Below the pieces are notes generated by a model. The model had not been told where the DNA came from. It worked only from the letters and a program-made list of their open reading frames with translations, and ran no database searches. Positions 8,766-19,834 of a stretch of 32,000 nt of DNA are shown here, in pieces. Source of the DNA: Planktothrix sp. GU0601_MAG3 (GTDB lineage: Bacteria > Cyanobacteriota > Cyanobacteriia > Cyanobacteriales > Microcoleaceae); the NCBI GenBank assembly GCA_035193785.1, contig CP136572.1, positions 4,952,464 to 4,984,463 of the forward strand, in the 5' to 3' direction. How positions within the stretch are numbered: the stretch's first letter is position 1; each line of letters opens with the position of its first letter. A program made the translations under genes and the position numbers.

Positions 8766-11700
8766 TTAAAGGGTTACTCCTTCTAAATCTGCTTCGGTTA
8801 ACTCATACAAAGATTTTAATTTTTCTAAAGTTTCGCCATCGGTTTCCCAAAATCCCCGACCATGGGCTTCTAACATTCGACCGACAATATTACGAAAAGC
8901 TTCGGGGTTGGCTTGTCTTAATTTAGTTGCCATGTTTTCATCTAAAGCATAGGTTTTAGAAGCTTGATCATAAACCCAATTTTCTTGGAAATTTGTTGTT
9001 CCTCCCCAACCCATTAAGGCGGTCATTCGTTGAGAAATTTCATAGGCCCCACCACTGCCTTGATTGACCATGGCCGTTGCCCATTTCGGGTTTAATAATT
9101 TTGTCCGATATTCAATTCTTAATAGGTCTTCTAATTGTCGGGGAGTGGTATCTTTAGAAAAACTTTCGACAAAACTGGCTTTAACTTTTTGACCTTTTTG
9201 TTGTTCCGCCGCCCGTTTTAATCCGCCCGTATTAGCATAATATTCTTGAATATCGGTTAATCCATATTCTACGGAATCAATTTGTTGAACAACATTATCC
9301 ATGGTTTTTAACAATTGCGTCATCACTTCCGGTCTGGCTTGTCCTTGATCTTTGCGTCCATAACTAAATACATTTCGTCCTTTCCAAGTGTCCGCTAATT
9401 CGTCTCCTGATTCCCAATTACCATCCACAATTTGATCATTAACTAACGATCCAAAATCCCCCGATGGGTTAGAAAATAAACGGGCGGACGGGTTTTCTAC
9501 TCCTTGCGATCGCAACTTCAAAGCGTGCTTTCTAATAAAGTTTTGTTCCTCCGCTTCTTCCGCATCCGCCGCCCGCACAAATAAATCATCTAATAATTCG
9601 ATAATATTGGCAAAACTATCTCTAAAAATCCCCGATAAATTGGCTAATATATCAATTCTAGGATGTCCGACTTGCTCTAAAGGTTGTAATTCATAACGCA
9701 CAATTCGCCCGGTTTCCTTCTTTAATTGGTTTGGCTCCCACTAATTCTAAGATAATTCCTAACGACTCCCCCCGGGTTTTAATAGCATCTAATCCCCATA
9801 ACATTACCGCAATGGTTTCAGGATAATTTCCGGTTTCTGCTAACTGTTGATTAATGATTTTTTGAGCAATTTCTCGTCCTCTCAAATAGGCCGCAGCCGA
9901 GGGCATTCGATAGGGATCTAGGGCATGAATATTACGTCCGGTGGGCAGAACTCCTGGCCCATCTCGCAGTAAATCCCCGCCCGGGGCTGGGGGGATATAT
10001 TCCCCATTTAATCCTTTTAATAAATTGGTTAATTCATCGGATGTTTGTAATAATAAGTCTCGAATTTGAGTTTCAGTTTCTGAGGTTAACTCATTCATTG
10101 ATTCGGTGGAATAAGCATTCAGATAGGTAGTTAATTCTTCTTCCGTTGGATTCTCTCCAAAGGTATGTAATCCCGATGAGAATAAACGCTGTTCTAAGAC
10201 TTGTAAATAATCATAGATTTTGATAAAATAGCTATAGAGAACTTCGACACTAAATAACCGAGCGTTTTCAGTTGTAAAGGCAATTCCTAATTTTTTGCCC
10301 TCCTGAAAGGGACAATCTACCTCTAAACCCATATCCACAATTTGCTGACTAATTGATTCTTGAAGGGTAGAATTTTTCTGCGGATCTTCTCGATATTCGG
10401 CAATTAAATCGCGTAAAGATACCAATTGTTTATAAAGTCCCGCCCGACCATAGGGAGGAACATTATAGGAAACTAACACCCCATAACCTCGACGTTTTGC
10501 TAACATTGATTCTGAGGGATTATTGGCTGCATAAAGATATAAATTTGGCAGATTTGCTAATAAAATATCTGACCAAGAATAGCCCGTATTTCCTAATGGT
10601 GATCCCGGCAACCATTCTACCGTGCCGTGCATTCCAAAATGAACAATTGCATCGGCTTGAAATTCCTTTTGTAGCCATTGATAAAAAGCCACATATTGGG
10701 GATGGGGGGTTAAATCTCGTTCAAACATTAACCGCATGGGGTCACCGGATAAACCTAAAGGCGGTTGCACTCCTACCCAAATATTTCCTAATTGAATTCC
10801 ACCAATATGATAATCTTCGCCAAAGGTTTTAATCCCGGTTTCTGTTAAGGATTTCCATTGTTTTTTAATCCGACTTCGTTGTAAATATCCTAACCATTTT
10901 TCCAGTTTATTAACATTAACTTGATTAGAAATAACAGAATTTTCTGCAAAACTAAAATCCTGTTGCGCTTCTAAGGTTTCATCGGCTATTTTTACCTTTT
11001 GAATTAAAACTTCCCCCGTTTCTGGCAACTCTCCAACGGTGTATCCTTGAGCTTTTAAGGCTTGTAAAACCTTTAATAAACTCTGGGGAACATTTAATAA
11101 AGCGGCGGTTCCTGTGGCTCCATATCCCGGGGGAAATCCATATAAAATAATCGCAATTTTTCGCTGTGATGGAGGTGTTTTTCGCAGTTGAATCCAACTT
11201 TTTACCCGTCCAGTTAAACGTTTAACTCGTTCAGGAATTAAATAAATATCTTCTCCTACTAACCCCCCCAAAGGAACGGTATCAATAGCACCATCAAGTT
11301 CCGGTAAAGCATATAAAACCACACTTTGTAAACCGCCAATTCCTTGACGAGTCCAAGATAATAAATCTTGAATTAATAGGGGCGCGGCGATAAAATAGGG
11401 AATATTTTTTATGGTTAAAATTTGTTTGGCAATTTCCACTTGTCGTCCGGCTTCCATTGATCCGGCTGGCCCTCCAACTAAAGGAAACCCAATGGTAGAA
11501 ACAATTGCATCAACGGTTACGGCTTCTTTTGATAAGGATAGGGTTTCTATTTTTCCCTGTTCTCGGTGATTCAATTCATCCGTTGTTGTCATCCAGTCTC
11601 TAACAGCAACATGACCTTCAACGCCATTAATAAAAATTGGTAAGGGAATTAATTGGGCTTGTTGAAAATAGCTAATTAGTTGGGGGATATAAGCTTGTTT

Positions 11701-12469
11701 AGTAATGACGTGCTTGCGATATATTAATATTCCCACAACGGGATCGTTAACGGCGTTGGGATATTGGGTTTTATACCATTCTAAATAGGCCTGTGGCGAT
11801 TCAAAATAACCGCTATAATCGGGGTGTAATAATCCCATATTTGGGGTTTCTATGGGTGGCGGAATTTCTCCAACAGTTAACCCTAAATAATTCGTTCCAA
11901 TTGTCCAGAACATCGCCGCGACATTTTCTGTTCCGCCCGCATTCCAATACCCATAAATAACTAACCAATTACGCAGGTCTTGAACTTTTTTAACCGGAAT
12001 AAATTTTAATAATTTCTGGCCTGTTTTCAAGAAACTAATATAACCAGCCAGTTTATCTTCTTCTTTACCACTGGAAAATTTACTCAAAATAAACTGCACT
12101 GGTTTGGGCATTCCTTTGGGTTTATCCCCAATTTTAAACGATCCAATTTGGGTTAAACTCATTAATTCTAAAGCGGATTCAAAAACCAACCGAATTGGAA
12201 TATTTTGTACCCGTTTCTCGTAACCATAATATTTGATCATAATCAAATAATAAACTGGCAAAAAATACATCGGCATTTTCCAAGGCGGCGGCGACGGTAT
12301 CCGGTTGATCAGAAATGGCGCGATCGCTAAATACACAAATTTCTAATTCTGGACAACGGGCGCTGGCTAATTTCGCGGCTATGCGATATAACTCAGCATT
12401 AAAAGACTCAAACCCAGCTATTAAAACAATCTTTTTCATAATCTTAGGTTTTAAAATATGCGTTTTCAT
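8766..12469 (-). pseudogene. CobN/ChlH(BchH)-family chelatase large subunit (about 1230 aa), frame broken twice
   Basis: Three consecutive ORFs (12179-12469, 9691-12336, 8766-9701) together form one CobN/Mg-chelatase-H type protein, with motifs LIAGFESFNAELY, RLVFESALELMSLT, HFGMHGTVEWLPG and NIHALDPYRMPS. Break 1 is at + GTTTC 12213-12217 (DQILWLRE-RVQNIPIRLVF). Break 2 is at + GTTTC 9712-9716 (KPIKEG-TGRIVRYELQP). Both are repaired by removing one A of sense GAAAC. Confidence 0.85.
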
Positions 12470-12508
12470 CTATTATTTATAATTATAGCAATTCTCAATT
12501 AAAATTAA

Positions 12509-13114
12509 ATGACAGAATATGATTTTCCCACTTCTGTTTTGATTGCGGGGGTGGATGAAGTGGGGCGGGGGGCTTTATTTGGCCCGGTGGTAGCGGCGGC
12601 GGTGATTTTGTCGGAGGATGGTATGGCTAAATTAACTAGCGCTGGGGTTAAAGATAGTAAAAAATTAACCCCGGGGGTTCGTTCTCGGTTAGCAATTGAA
12701 ATTAAAGCGATCGCCATTGATTGTAAAATTGGTTGGGCGACTGTTAGGGAAATTGATCGCTTTAATATTTTACAAGCGACATTATTAGCGATGAAACGGG
12801 CAATTTTAAGTTTAGATCCTCAACCAAAACTCTGTTTAATTGACGGAAATCAGAAGATTCCACAATTATTAATTCCGCAACAAACTATCATTAAAGGAGA
12901 TAGTAAATCTATTGTAATTGCAGCCGCTAGTATTGTCGCAAAAGTTTGGCGAGATGAATTAATTACCCGTTTGGCTGAAAAATATCCTGAATATGATCTC
13001 AAGCAAAACAAAGGTTACGGAACCGCAAAACACCGTCAAGCGATCCAAGATTATGGGATTACTTACCAACATCGTCAATCTTTCGGGTGTTGTCAATTAT
13101 CCTTACCTTTATAA
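12509..13114 (+). CDS. rnhB: Ribonuclease HII
   Basis: Intact 201-aa ORF with GVDEVGRGALFGPVVAAAV and DSKKL motifs and KGYGT...H near the C-terminus. Confidence 0.93.
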   Translation: MTEYDFPTSVLIAGVDEVGRGALFGPVVAAAVILSEDGMAKLTSAGVKDSKKLTPGVRSRLAIEIKAIAIDCKIGWATVREIDRFNILQATLLAMKRAILSLDPQPKLCLIDGNQKIPQLLIPQQTIIKGDSKSIVIAAASIVAKVWRDELITRLAEKYPEYDLKQNKGYGTAKHRQAIQDYGITYQHRQSFGCCQLSLPL

Positions 13115-13116
13115 AG

Positions 13117-14121
13117 TTAGGAACAATTTTCAGCTAACCAATTTAATAAATCTGACTCCGTTTCAAAATCTAATAATGCTTCTCCTAATTGTTCAACTAA
13201 TTCAATCGGAAGACTGCGGATTTGATCTTGAATTTCGGGGTTAATTGCTCCTAAACGACGATTTAGCAAACGCAAAATAAACGTTATTTCTCGTTGCAAA
13301 CCCTGTTCTATTCCCTGTTCTATTCCCCGCTCTATTCCCTGTTCAATTCCCTGTTGTATTCCCTGTTGTATTCCCCGTTCAATTCCCTGTTCCATCCAAC
13401 TTGTAACAATTTCCATAAATCTTTCCTCCTGAATCAGTCCTAAGCGATTTAGTTCCTCGGTAAAAACGACTTTTTCGCTAGAATTTAAACGCAAATAGGA
13501 GTCGATAAACCCCGAAATTAATTGATTTCTGGCTGGATCTAACCGTAACGTTACTAACAGACGCAAACACTCTGCTTTAACCTGGGGTCGATCCTGGGGT
13601 TCTATTCTCATTTTAGCCATTAATGCAGCCGCCACCGGATTTTGCTGACGTAAAAAATCCCGCCAGTTTAAACGATTCAGTTGGATCGCTGCATAGCTAA
13701 ATTCTAATACCTTTCGGTCGGGAAATTCAACTTGATAGTTGTTGGGTTCCAGACGTTGGGGGGTATCGAAAGAAAAGATTGCAATCGGATAAACCGGAAT
13801 TGCATATTTTTCATCTAGTCTAGCAAAATAATGGAACATCCGCCGGGCAAAATCGGCTTGAGCGTAGGATTGAGTCTCGGTATGGATGAGGAAAAAACTT
13901 TCCTGTTCTCGAAACCTAACTTTTGCTAATAGATCGACCTCTCGACGATTCCCCGATGTCAGATCAATGAATACCTCCTGGGGTAAAAAGGTAATAGAGG
14001 ATTGATCAATATAGGGAATTAGATCTGGGAAAAATAATTCTAAAAATTCCCAAAAAAACGTCGAAATTAACTCTTTAAATAATCGATCATGTTCAATTAT
14101 TCGTTCTGAAGTTTCAGCCAT
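13117..14121 (-). CDS. Rpn-family recombination-promoting nuclease / putative transposase (PD-(D/E)XK) with DUF4351-like C-terminus
   Basis: The 334-aa ORF has the N-terminal HDRLFKELISTFFWEFLELFFP...REVDLLAKV...FLIHTETQS pattern typical of this cyanobacterially expanded family. An internal (Q/R)GI(E/Q) tetrapeptide repeat precedes a C-terminal helical region. Confidence 0.75.
   Translation of the reverse strand: MAETSERIIEHDRLFKELISTFFWEFLELFFPDLIPYIDQSSITFLPQEVFIDLTSGNRREVDLLAKVRFREQESFFLIHTETQSYAQADFARRMFHYFARLDEKYAIPVYPIAIFSFDTPQRLEPNNYQVEFPDRKVLEFSYAAIQLNRLNWRDFLRQQNPVAAALMAKMRIEPQDRPQVKAECLRLLVTLRLDPARNQLISGFIDSYLRLNSSEKVVFTEELNRLGLIQEERFMEIVTSWMEQGIERGIQQGIQQGIEQGIERGIEQGIEQGLQREITFILRLLNRRLGAINPEIQDQIRSLPIELVEQLGEALLDFETESDLLNWLAENCS
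13301..13396 (-). repeat. 8 x 12-bp in-frame tandem repeat (CCCTGTTCTATT and variants) encoding QGIE/RGIE/QGIQ units
   Basis: Units at 13301, 13313, 13325, 13337, 13349, 13361, 13373 and 13385 carry 1-3 substitutions each. They translate as GIERGIQQGIQQGIEQGIERGIEQGIEQG within the Rpn ORF. Confidence 0.9.
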
Positions 14122-14140
14122 TTTAATTTTGATTTACCCC

Positions 14141-14725
14141 CTAACATTCAGCACTCGAAACCCGAATAACAGATTGGGTTTGTGGGGTCATATCCCCTAA
14201 TTGTTCAGCCGACCAATGGGCATAATCCGATAATAAATTATGGACTAATCGGTGTCTAACGGTCATTAACACACTTTTTAATAATCCGTTTCCGGTTGTT
14301 TCTAAAATCGGTTGGGGTGTTAACCATAATGGCGGGGGAAGTTCGACTTTAACTTCTAAATCCGCTTGACCTTTTAAGTAGGTGATTCCCTGTAATTCAA
14401 CTGGATATAATTTTCCGACTAAATTTAGGGCAAAACGTTGATTAATATATTCAATTCCGCGAATTTCACACCCGACAGATTTTAAGTTGAGAGTGCCATC
14501 GGACTGTATCCACAGTTTCAAGTCTACCGTTGGTTGTAAACTAAACATCATAAACTGTAAAGGACGCATTTTTAAGCGGTAAATATCCTCTGCTAAGGCA
14601 TCTAAACGGCTAGGATCAACTAACGCCTTTACCAAGCGTTTCGGTTGACGCAGGTAATGGTGAATTAAAGTTGGCTCCGGTACGGCCATTTCAACGGTTT
14701 GGGAGGCTTGAAAGTGGGTATACAT
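14141..14725 (-). CDS. DUF1997 family protein (conserved in cyanobacteria and plastids)
   Basis: Intact 194-aa ORF. The YLRQPKRLVKAL...YRLKMRPLQFMMFSLQPTVDLKLW pattern matches my recollection of DUF1997. Confidence 0.7.
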   Translation of the reverse strand: MYTHFQASQTVEMAVPEPTLIHHYLRQPKRLVKALVDPSRLDALAEDIYRLKMRPLQFMMFSLQPTVDLKLWIQSDGTLNLKSVGCEIRGIEYINQRFALNLVGKLYPVELQGITYLKGQADLEVKVELPPPLWLTPQPILETTGNGLLKSVLMTVRHRLVHNLLSDYAHWSAEQLGDMTPQTQSVIRVSSAEC

Positions 14726-14943
14726 ATAGAAAGTTATAAAAGTCTACTAATTTTAACTTATCTTAATATAATTTAAGAATTATTAAAACTATTTTCATCA
14801 GTCAAGAGTCACCGATCAAGAATAATAGCGTGTATTCCCTAAAAAATAGGTAATCGCTTGATCATAAGGGTAAGGTTGATGAGAATAATATAAATAATTG
14901 TAACGTCCCTTTCTATCCATTGATTATTTACGGAACTAAAATT

Positions 14944-15786
14944 ATGACTGTTTCTATTGCCCATCTTGGCCCATCGGGAACTTATGCAGAAGCCGCCGCC
15001 TTAGCTTATGCCCAATATCTTACCCAAAAAACCGGGGAAGAAGCCATGTTATGCCCCTGTTCAAGTATTAGCCAAACTTTATGGACAGTTGCCAAAGGGG
15101 AGGTTAATATTGGGGTAGTTCCTGTTGAAAATTCCATTGAAGGCAGTGTGACTATGACCCTAGATACATTATGGCAAATTGGCTGTCTTCAAATTCAACA
15201 GGCGTTAATTCTTCCTATTAATCATGCGTTGATTTCTCAAGCTAAAGATTTGGCTAATATTCAAGTGGTTTATTCCCATCCCCAAGCTCTAGCGCAGTGT
15301 CAAGGATGGTTAGAAAAACATCTTTCTGATGTGCCATTAATAGCCAAAAATTCAACCACAGAAGCCCTAAAATCCGTCCGAGATGAAACTAATTCAGCCG
15401 CGATCGCATCTTTAAGAGCAGCCGAATTATATCAATTACCTGTTCTTGCCCATCCTATTAATGATTATCCCGATAATTGTACTAAGTTTTTGGTAGTAAG
15501 TCTACAACCTTCAGGATCGGGAAAATACACATCTTTAGGCTTTAGTGTTCCGGCAAATGTTCCGGGTGCATTAGCAAAACCTTTAGCAATTTTTGCCGAT
15601 AGAGGGATTAATTTAAGCCGAATAGAATCCCGTCCTAGTAAGCGCTCCTTGGGGGATTATCTATTTTTTATGGATTTAGAAGCGGATAGCCATGAACCCA
15701 CGGTACAATTAGCTTTAGCGGAATTAAAAACCTTTACCGAAACCTTGAAAGTTTTTGGCAGTTACACCCTATTAAATCTGGATTAA
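14944..15786 (+). CDS. pheA: Prephenate dehydratase
   Basis: IAHLGPSGTYAEAAA at the N-terminus, VPVENSIEGSV, and a C-terminal ACT domain with INLSRIESRPSK...YLFFMDLE. ATG 14944 is preferred over the upstream TTG at 14920. Confidence 0.9.
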   Translation: MTVSIAHLGPSGTYAEAAALAYAQYLTQKTGEEAMLCPCSSISQTLWTVAKGEVNIGVVPVENSIEGSVTMTLDTLWQIGCLQIQQALILPINHALISQAKDLANIQVVYSHPQALAQCQGWLEKHLSDVPLIAKNSTTEALKSVRDETNSAAIASLRAAELYQLPVLAHPINDYPDNCTKFLVVSLQPSGSGKYTSLGFSVPANVPGALAKPLAIFADRGINLSRIESRPSKRSLGDYLFFMDLEADSHEPTVQLALAELKTFTETLKVFGSYTLLNLD

Positions 15787-15879
15787 TTAAAATTAATTCG
15801 GAAAATTGGTAATTGGTCTTGTAGGAGGGGTAAGAATTACTCCGGCTTTTTGCCCACCCTACTGATTTTTAAAGATTCT

Positions 15880-17269
15880 ATGGATATTTTTTTTAGCAGT
15901 ATTCCCAGTATTCCTGATTTAACTCATCCTAATGAATTAATGGAATTGGGATCAATAGTGATTAAAAACCTGATGAAATTGGCTATTTTTTTAATAGCAA
16001 TTGGTGGCATATTATCCCTAATTAATTGGTCGGTGAAAAAACCAGGGGATTCTATTTCTATTCCGGCGATTAAAACCGCCTTAGAACAATATCTGAAATG
16101 GATGCAAACTTTACCGCATTTAATTCTAATTGTTTCTGGTAATTACCAGTGGATTTTTTCTTTGTTCTACCTTAGCTAATCGCTATCATAATTGGGAACA
16201 ACAACGTATTACTCAAATTGCCACCACCGTCGCCGGAGAACGTTTAGAACAAACCGCACCTAGAATTCGTTATGAAATTGAAGAACCTTTTACCGATTAT
16301 AGATATATTGAGGGGAAAACTATTGAAATTAAAAGTACCCAGATTGCACCCCGTTGGATGACTTTATCAGGATCAAAAATTCAGGTTAAAATTAATCAAA
16401 CTACCAGTCCCGACACCAAACAATGGATTTATAGTGTTGATTTTTCGGGAGAATATCAAGTTAAAAATCAACTCAAAGGTGTCTCGGAATTTTTCTTTGA
16501 AGTTCCCCCACCTTACGGTTATTTATTATTACAGGATTTCCAAGTTGAACAAAATGGAAAACCCTTAGTACAAGTTAACCCTGGAGATTATGGATTTCCC
16601 TTTAAATTATCCCCGGGAGAAACCACAAATTTTAAGGTTAGCTATCAAGCTCAAGGTGCACCCCGTTGGGTTTATCAACCTGGGGAGCAATTATTGTCGA
16701 ATTTTAGCTTAAATGTTTTAGCTAACTTTCCCGATGCTGAATTTGCCGGAGCAGTGCCAACAGTTACAAAAGAAGCAGCAGAAAATCGACAACTTTCTTG
16801 GATTTATGAAGGTAATATTTCCGTTAAAAATCCGTTAGGAATATTTACCGCCACCGCTCCAATTCGCAATACAGGTGTTATCCCGCGATTATTATTATTA
16901 GCTCCAGCTATCTTTTTATGGTGGATTATTTTACTATATCTATCTTTACCCTTAACCTTGGGAGATGTGGCGATTATCGCCGGACTATTTTTTGCCTGTT
17001 TATTAACCCTAACCTATAGCAGTCGTTTGATTGATGCCAAACTTGCATGGACAGTAATTTCTCCAGTATTACTATTAGCAGTTTGGGGATTAGGGAAAAA
17101 CCGTCAAGCCTCTTGGGTGGCAATTATTTGTACAATTTCTGGGGGAATATTACCGATATTTGGTTTATTGGTTCCCTATAGCGGGATTACCTTAAGTTTA
17201 GCTGGGTTACTATCAGGAATCTGGTTAGCTTTTCAACATTGGTATGAATTAGGGAAACGGAAAGTTTAA
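15880..17269 (+). pseudogene. Hypothetical multi-pass membrane protein, frame broken once
   Basis: ORFs 15850-16179 and 16130-17269 overlap in frames offset by +1. The break window contains GTTTC 16133-16137. Removing one T gives a continuous hydrophobic helix ...LPHLILIV-LVITSGFFLCSTL. The C-terminal third is strongly hydrophobic. No family recognised. Confidence 0.6.
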
Positions 17270-17388
17270 CTGTAAAATAATAAACCAGGTTGTTCGCTTA
17301 TAAAGACTTTCTATACTTTTTTTAATAATAAATTTCCTAACTTTTTGTGACTAATCTTATATTTTAATATATAAAATCTGGTTTGAGA

Positions 17389-18409
17389 TTATTGTTGAAT
17401 TACCGCATTTTCTAACATTAAAATCGTTCCGTGTTCAGCATCAATTTTGACCTCTATTCCCAGAGGAATAGTAAATTGATCACGAATATGACCGATCATC
17501 GAACCATACCAAGCCGGAATTCCTAACGGTTTAATTAAATCCGTTAATACTTGCCATAGGGTTAAAGAGGGTTTCATTTCCCTCTCCTTTGGTGCAGGCG
17601 GTACATTGACTAAAAATAAACCCAGAAATTTGATCTAAAATTCCAGCTAATTTTAAATGGGTTAACATTCGATCAACTCGGTAAATATCCTCGCCAACAT
17701 CTTCTACAAATAGGATCGTATTCCGCCAATTGGGTAAATATTCAGAACCTACTAAAGCGGATAAAACCGATAAATTTCCTCCGATTAATCTTCCCTCGGC
17801 TTGACCTGGATAAATCGTTTCGACCCGAACATTGGCAGGATTTTTAAAGGTTACAGTTTGTCCCTCAAATATAATTTTTTTCAGCCAACCAACCGAATAG
17901 GGATTCCAGAGGGAAGTGCCTAATAATCCATGAAAAGTAACTAATCCGGTTTGACTATATAATCCTAATAATAAAGCGGTAATATCACTATAACCGAGAA
18001 AGATTTTAGGATTTTTACGAATTAAATCATAATCTAATAATGGTAAAATTCGACCGCTGCCCCAACCTCCACCCGTCGCAATAATTCCCTGAATATTAGG
18101 GTCAGCAAACATTTGATTAATGTCTGATGCCCGTTGTTGATCGGTTCCGGCTAAATAGCCATATTCACTCATTACATGGGGGGCAACTTTAACAGCGAGT
18201 TCCTGTTGGGCTAATTGCAGTTGAATCAACTTTAAATGTTCTTTTAAAATGGGGCTGGCGGGAGTTACCAACCCCACCGTATCTCCTGGTTTTAAAGCGA
18301 GAGGTTTAAGTAATATTTGGGAAGATGGAGATTGAGCAAGAATAGGAAACTGATTAGTAATTCCTGCTAAAGTTAATCCGGTTAAAAAATCACGACGATT
18401 CATAATCAT
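17389..18409 (-). pseudogene. S66-family LD-carboxypeptidase with a twin-arginine signal peptide, frame broken once
   Basis: MNRRDFLTGLTLAG is a Tat motif, with GGWGSGRILP and the GYSDITAL nucleophile motif. The C-terminal 62 aa (17389-17577) are in the +1 frame. The break is at + GTTTC 17571-17575 (sense GAAAC). Repair gives ...CTKGEGNE-PSLTLWQVL... Confidence 0.85.
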
Positions 18410-18426
18410 TTATTGGTTATCAGTTA

Positions 18427-19168
18427 TCATTTACTTGAATTGAGAATTTGATCAATTAATTCTTCAACCCCTAATCCCCGACTATTTTTCGTGACCCAAT
18501 TAACCTTTTCTTTAACTTGGGGTAAGGCATTAGCAACGGCTACGGAATAACCACATTGTTGTAAAAAATCACAATCATTTTCTGCATCCCCAACCCCAAC
18601 AATTTTTTCCGGGGATAGGTTGATTAATTCGGAAAGAGTTTTTAACCCAAAGGCTTTATTGATACCTACGGGTAGAATCATTATGGCTCCTTTATTATTA
18701 ATAATTTCAAGATTAACTCCTAACTCTTGAATCGTTTTTTGGGTGATTTCTAAATAGGGTTCCCAAGTGGCAATAATTACTCGTCCAATCCCTAAAAATT
18801 CTAAGGCTTGAGCCTGAGAAATCTTTAAAAATTCCTCTGGAATGGGTTGGTTTTGCAATTGTTGTTGTTTTTGGTGAATGCGATCGCGCAAGCGGGTTAT
18901 AAACGCTTCAGAAGGGCGCTCCGCTAACAATTTTTCTATCTGAGTCGAGGGTTGATATAATACCGCTCCATTTTCTGCAATCACCCAATCAAACCTATTA
19001 ATTATGGGAACATGATCAATTAAATTATCCAGTTGTCTTCCCGTAATTAAGATTAACTTTCTTCCCGACTCTCGCCACCGTTGTAGGGCTTTTAAAGTAG
19101 ACTCCTCTACGATTCCATCCATTGCTAGGGTTTCCATCAAAATCCGTCGCCAAAGCCAAATATTTCAT
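18427..19168 (-). pseudogene. HAD-superfamily (Cof/IIB-like) phosphatase, frame broken at codon 12
   Basis: GVGDAENDCDFL is HAD motif IV. ATG 19168 opens MKYLALATDFDG, then the frame slips at + GTTTC 19130-19134 (sense GAAAC). Removing one A restores the catalytic motif I, DFDGTLAMDG. Confidence 0.8.
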
Positions 19169-19253
19169 GGTTATAAAAAATCAAATTGTTGAGTAAAGGG
19201 TAGATTTATATTGAACTAATTTAACCCCTTATCTGTTTAATTCAACTCTAAAT

Positions 19254-19649
19254 TTATGGGTCATTATCTTCATACTCAACCCAGGAATTAGAGGTTTCTG
19301 AAACCCTAACTTTTAATTGAACTCCCTGCGGGACTCGTTTTTTCGTGACATCATAAATATATTTAGCAATCATTTCAGCCGTTGTCTCATATTCAGGGGG
19401 CAGAATTTCATTTAATACCCCATGATCTAATCCGCCTTTTTTAACATCTTTTTTTGCCCATCCTAAACTTCTAAAATCTGCCACCATCACGGGATGGGGA
19501 CAATGTTCCGAGGGGTGCAATTGGCTAGAGGTGGCTTCCACTTGTACACGATAGGTATGACCGTGCATTCGTCCACAGGGCCCATCATAATCCTTAATAT
19601 AATGGGCACTATCAAAGGTAAATTCCGTGGTCAATTTCCATTTAGGCAT
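19254..19649 (-). CDS. queD: 6-carboxy-5,6,7,8-tetrahydropterin synthase (PTPS/QueD family)
   Basis: Intact 131-aa ORF with FDSAHY...CGRMHGHTY...V.V pattern and a LDH..LNE segment typical of QueD/PTPS. Confidence 0.88.
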   Translation of the reverse strand: MPKWKLTTEFTFDSAHYIKDYDGPCGRMHGHTYRVQVEATSSQLHPSEHCPHPVMVADFRSLGWAKKDVKKGGLDHGVLNEILPPEYETTAEMIAKYIYDVTKKRVPQGVQLKVRVSETSNSWVEYEDNDP

Positions 19650-19834
19650 AGTTAAAAAAACTCAACTCAACTTCTAATTTTAGGGTAACGATGTAGTCGT
19701 ATATTTCTATTTATGATTCTATCAAAAATCAAAAAGAAATAGTAAAACTTATCAAAAATTAATGCTTATTTACCAGGTTAAATTAGTTAAAAAACAAACA
19801 TTTTCATCTTCCATAGATTTATATAAGCTGGGAA

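Noticed and set aside
8600-8926. 108-aa plus-strand ORF rich in R/K
   Set aside because: It overlaps the ArsR 5' region and the chelatase 3' end on the opposite strand. It has low-complexity basic composition typical of antisense frames.
10497-11197. ORFs 10497-10832 (+) and 10979-11197 (-)
   Set aside because: Both are embedded in, or out of frame with, the chelatase gene, whose frame is clearly the conserved one.
12505-12717. 70-aa minus-strand ORF
   Set aside because: It is antisense to the conserved N-terminus of RNase HII.
15817-15862. Possible terminator hairpin after pheA (GTAGGAGGGG ... CCCACCCTAC)
   Set aside because: Complementarity is too imperfect (several mismatches) and there is no adjacent T-run. 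It may be a dispersed repeat fragment, but I cannot support a call.
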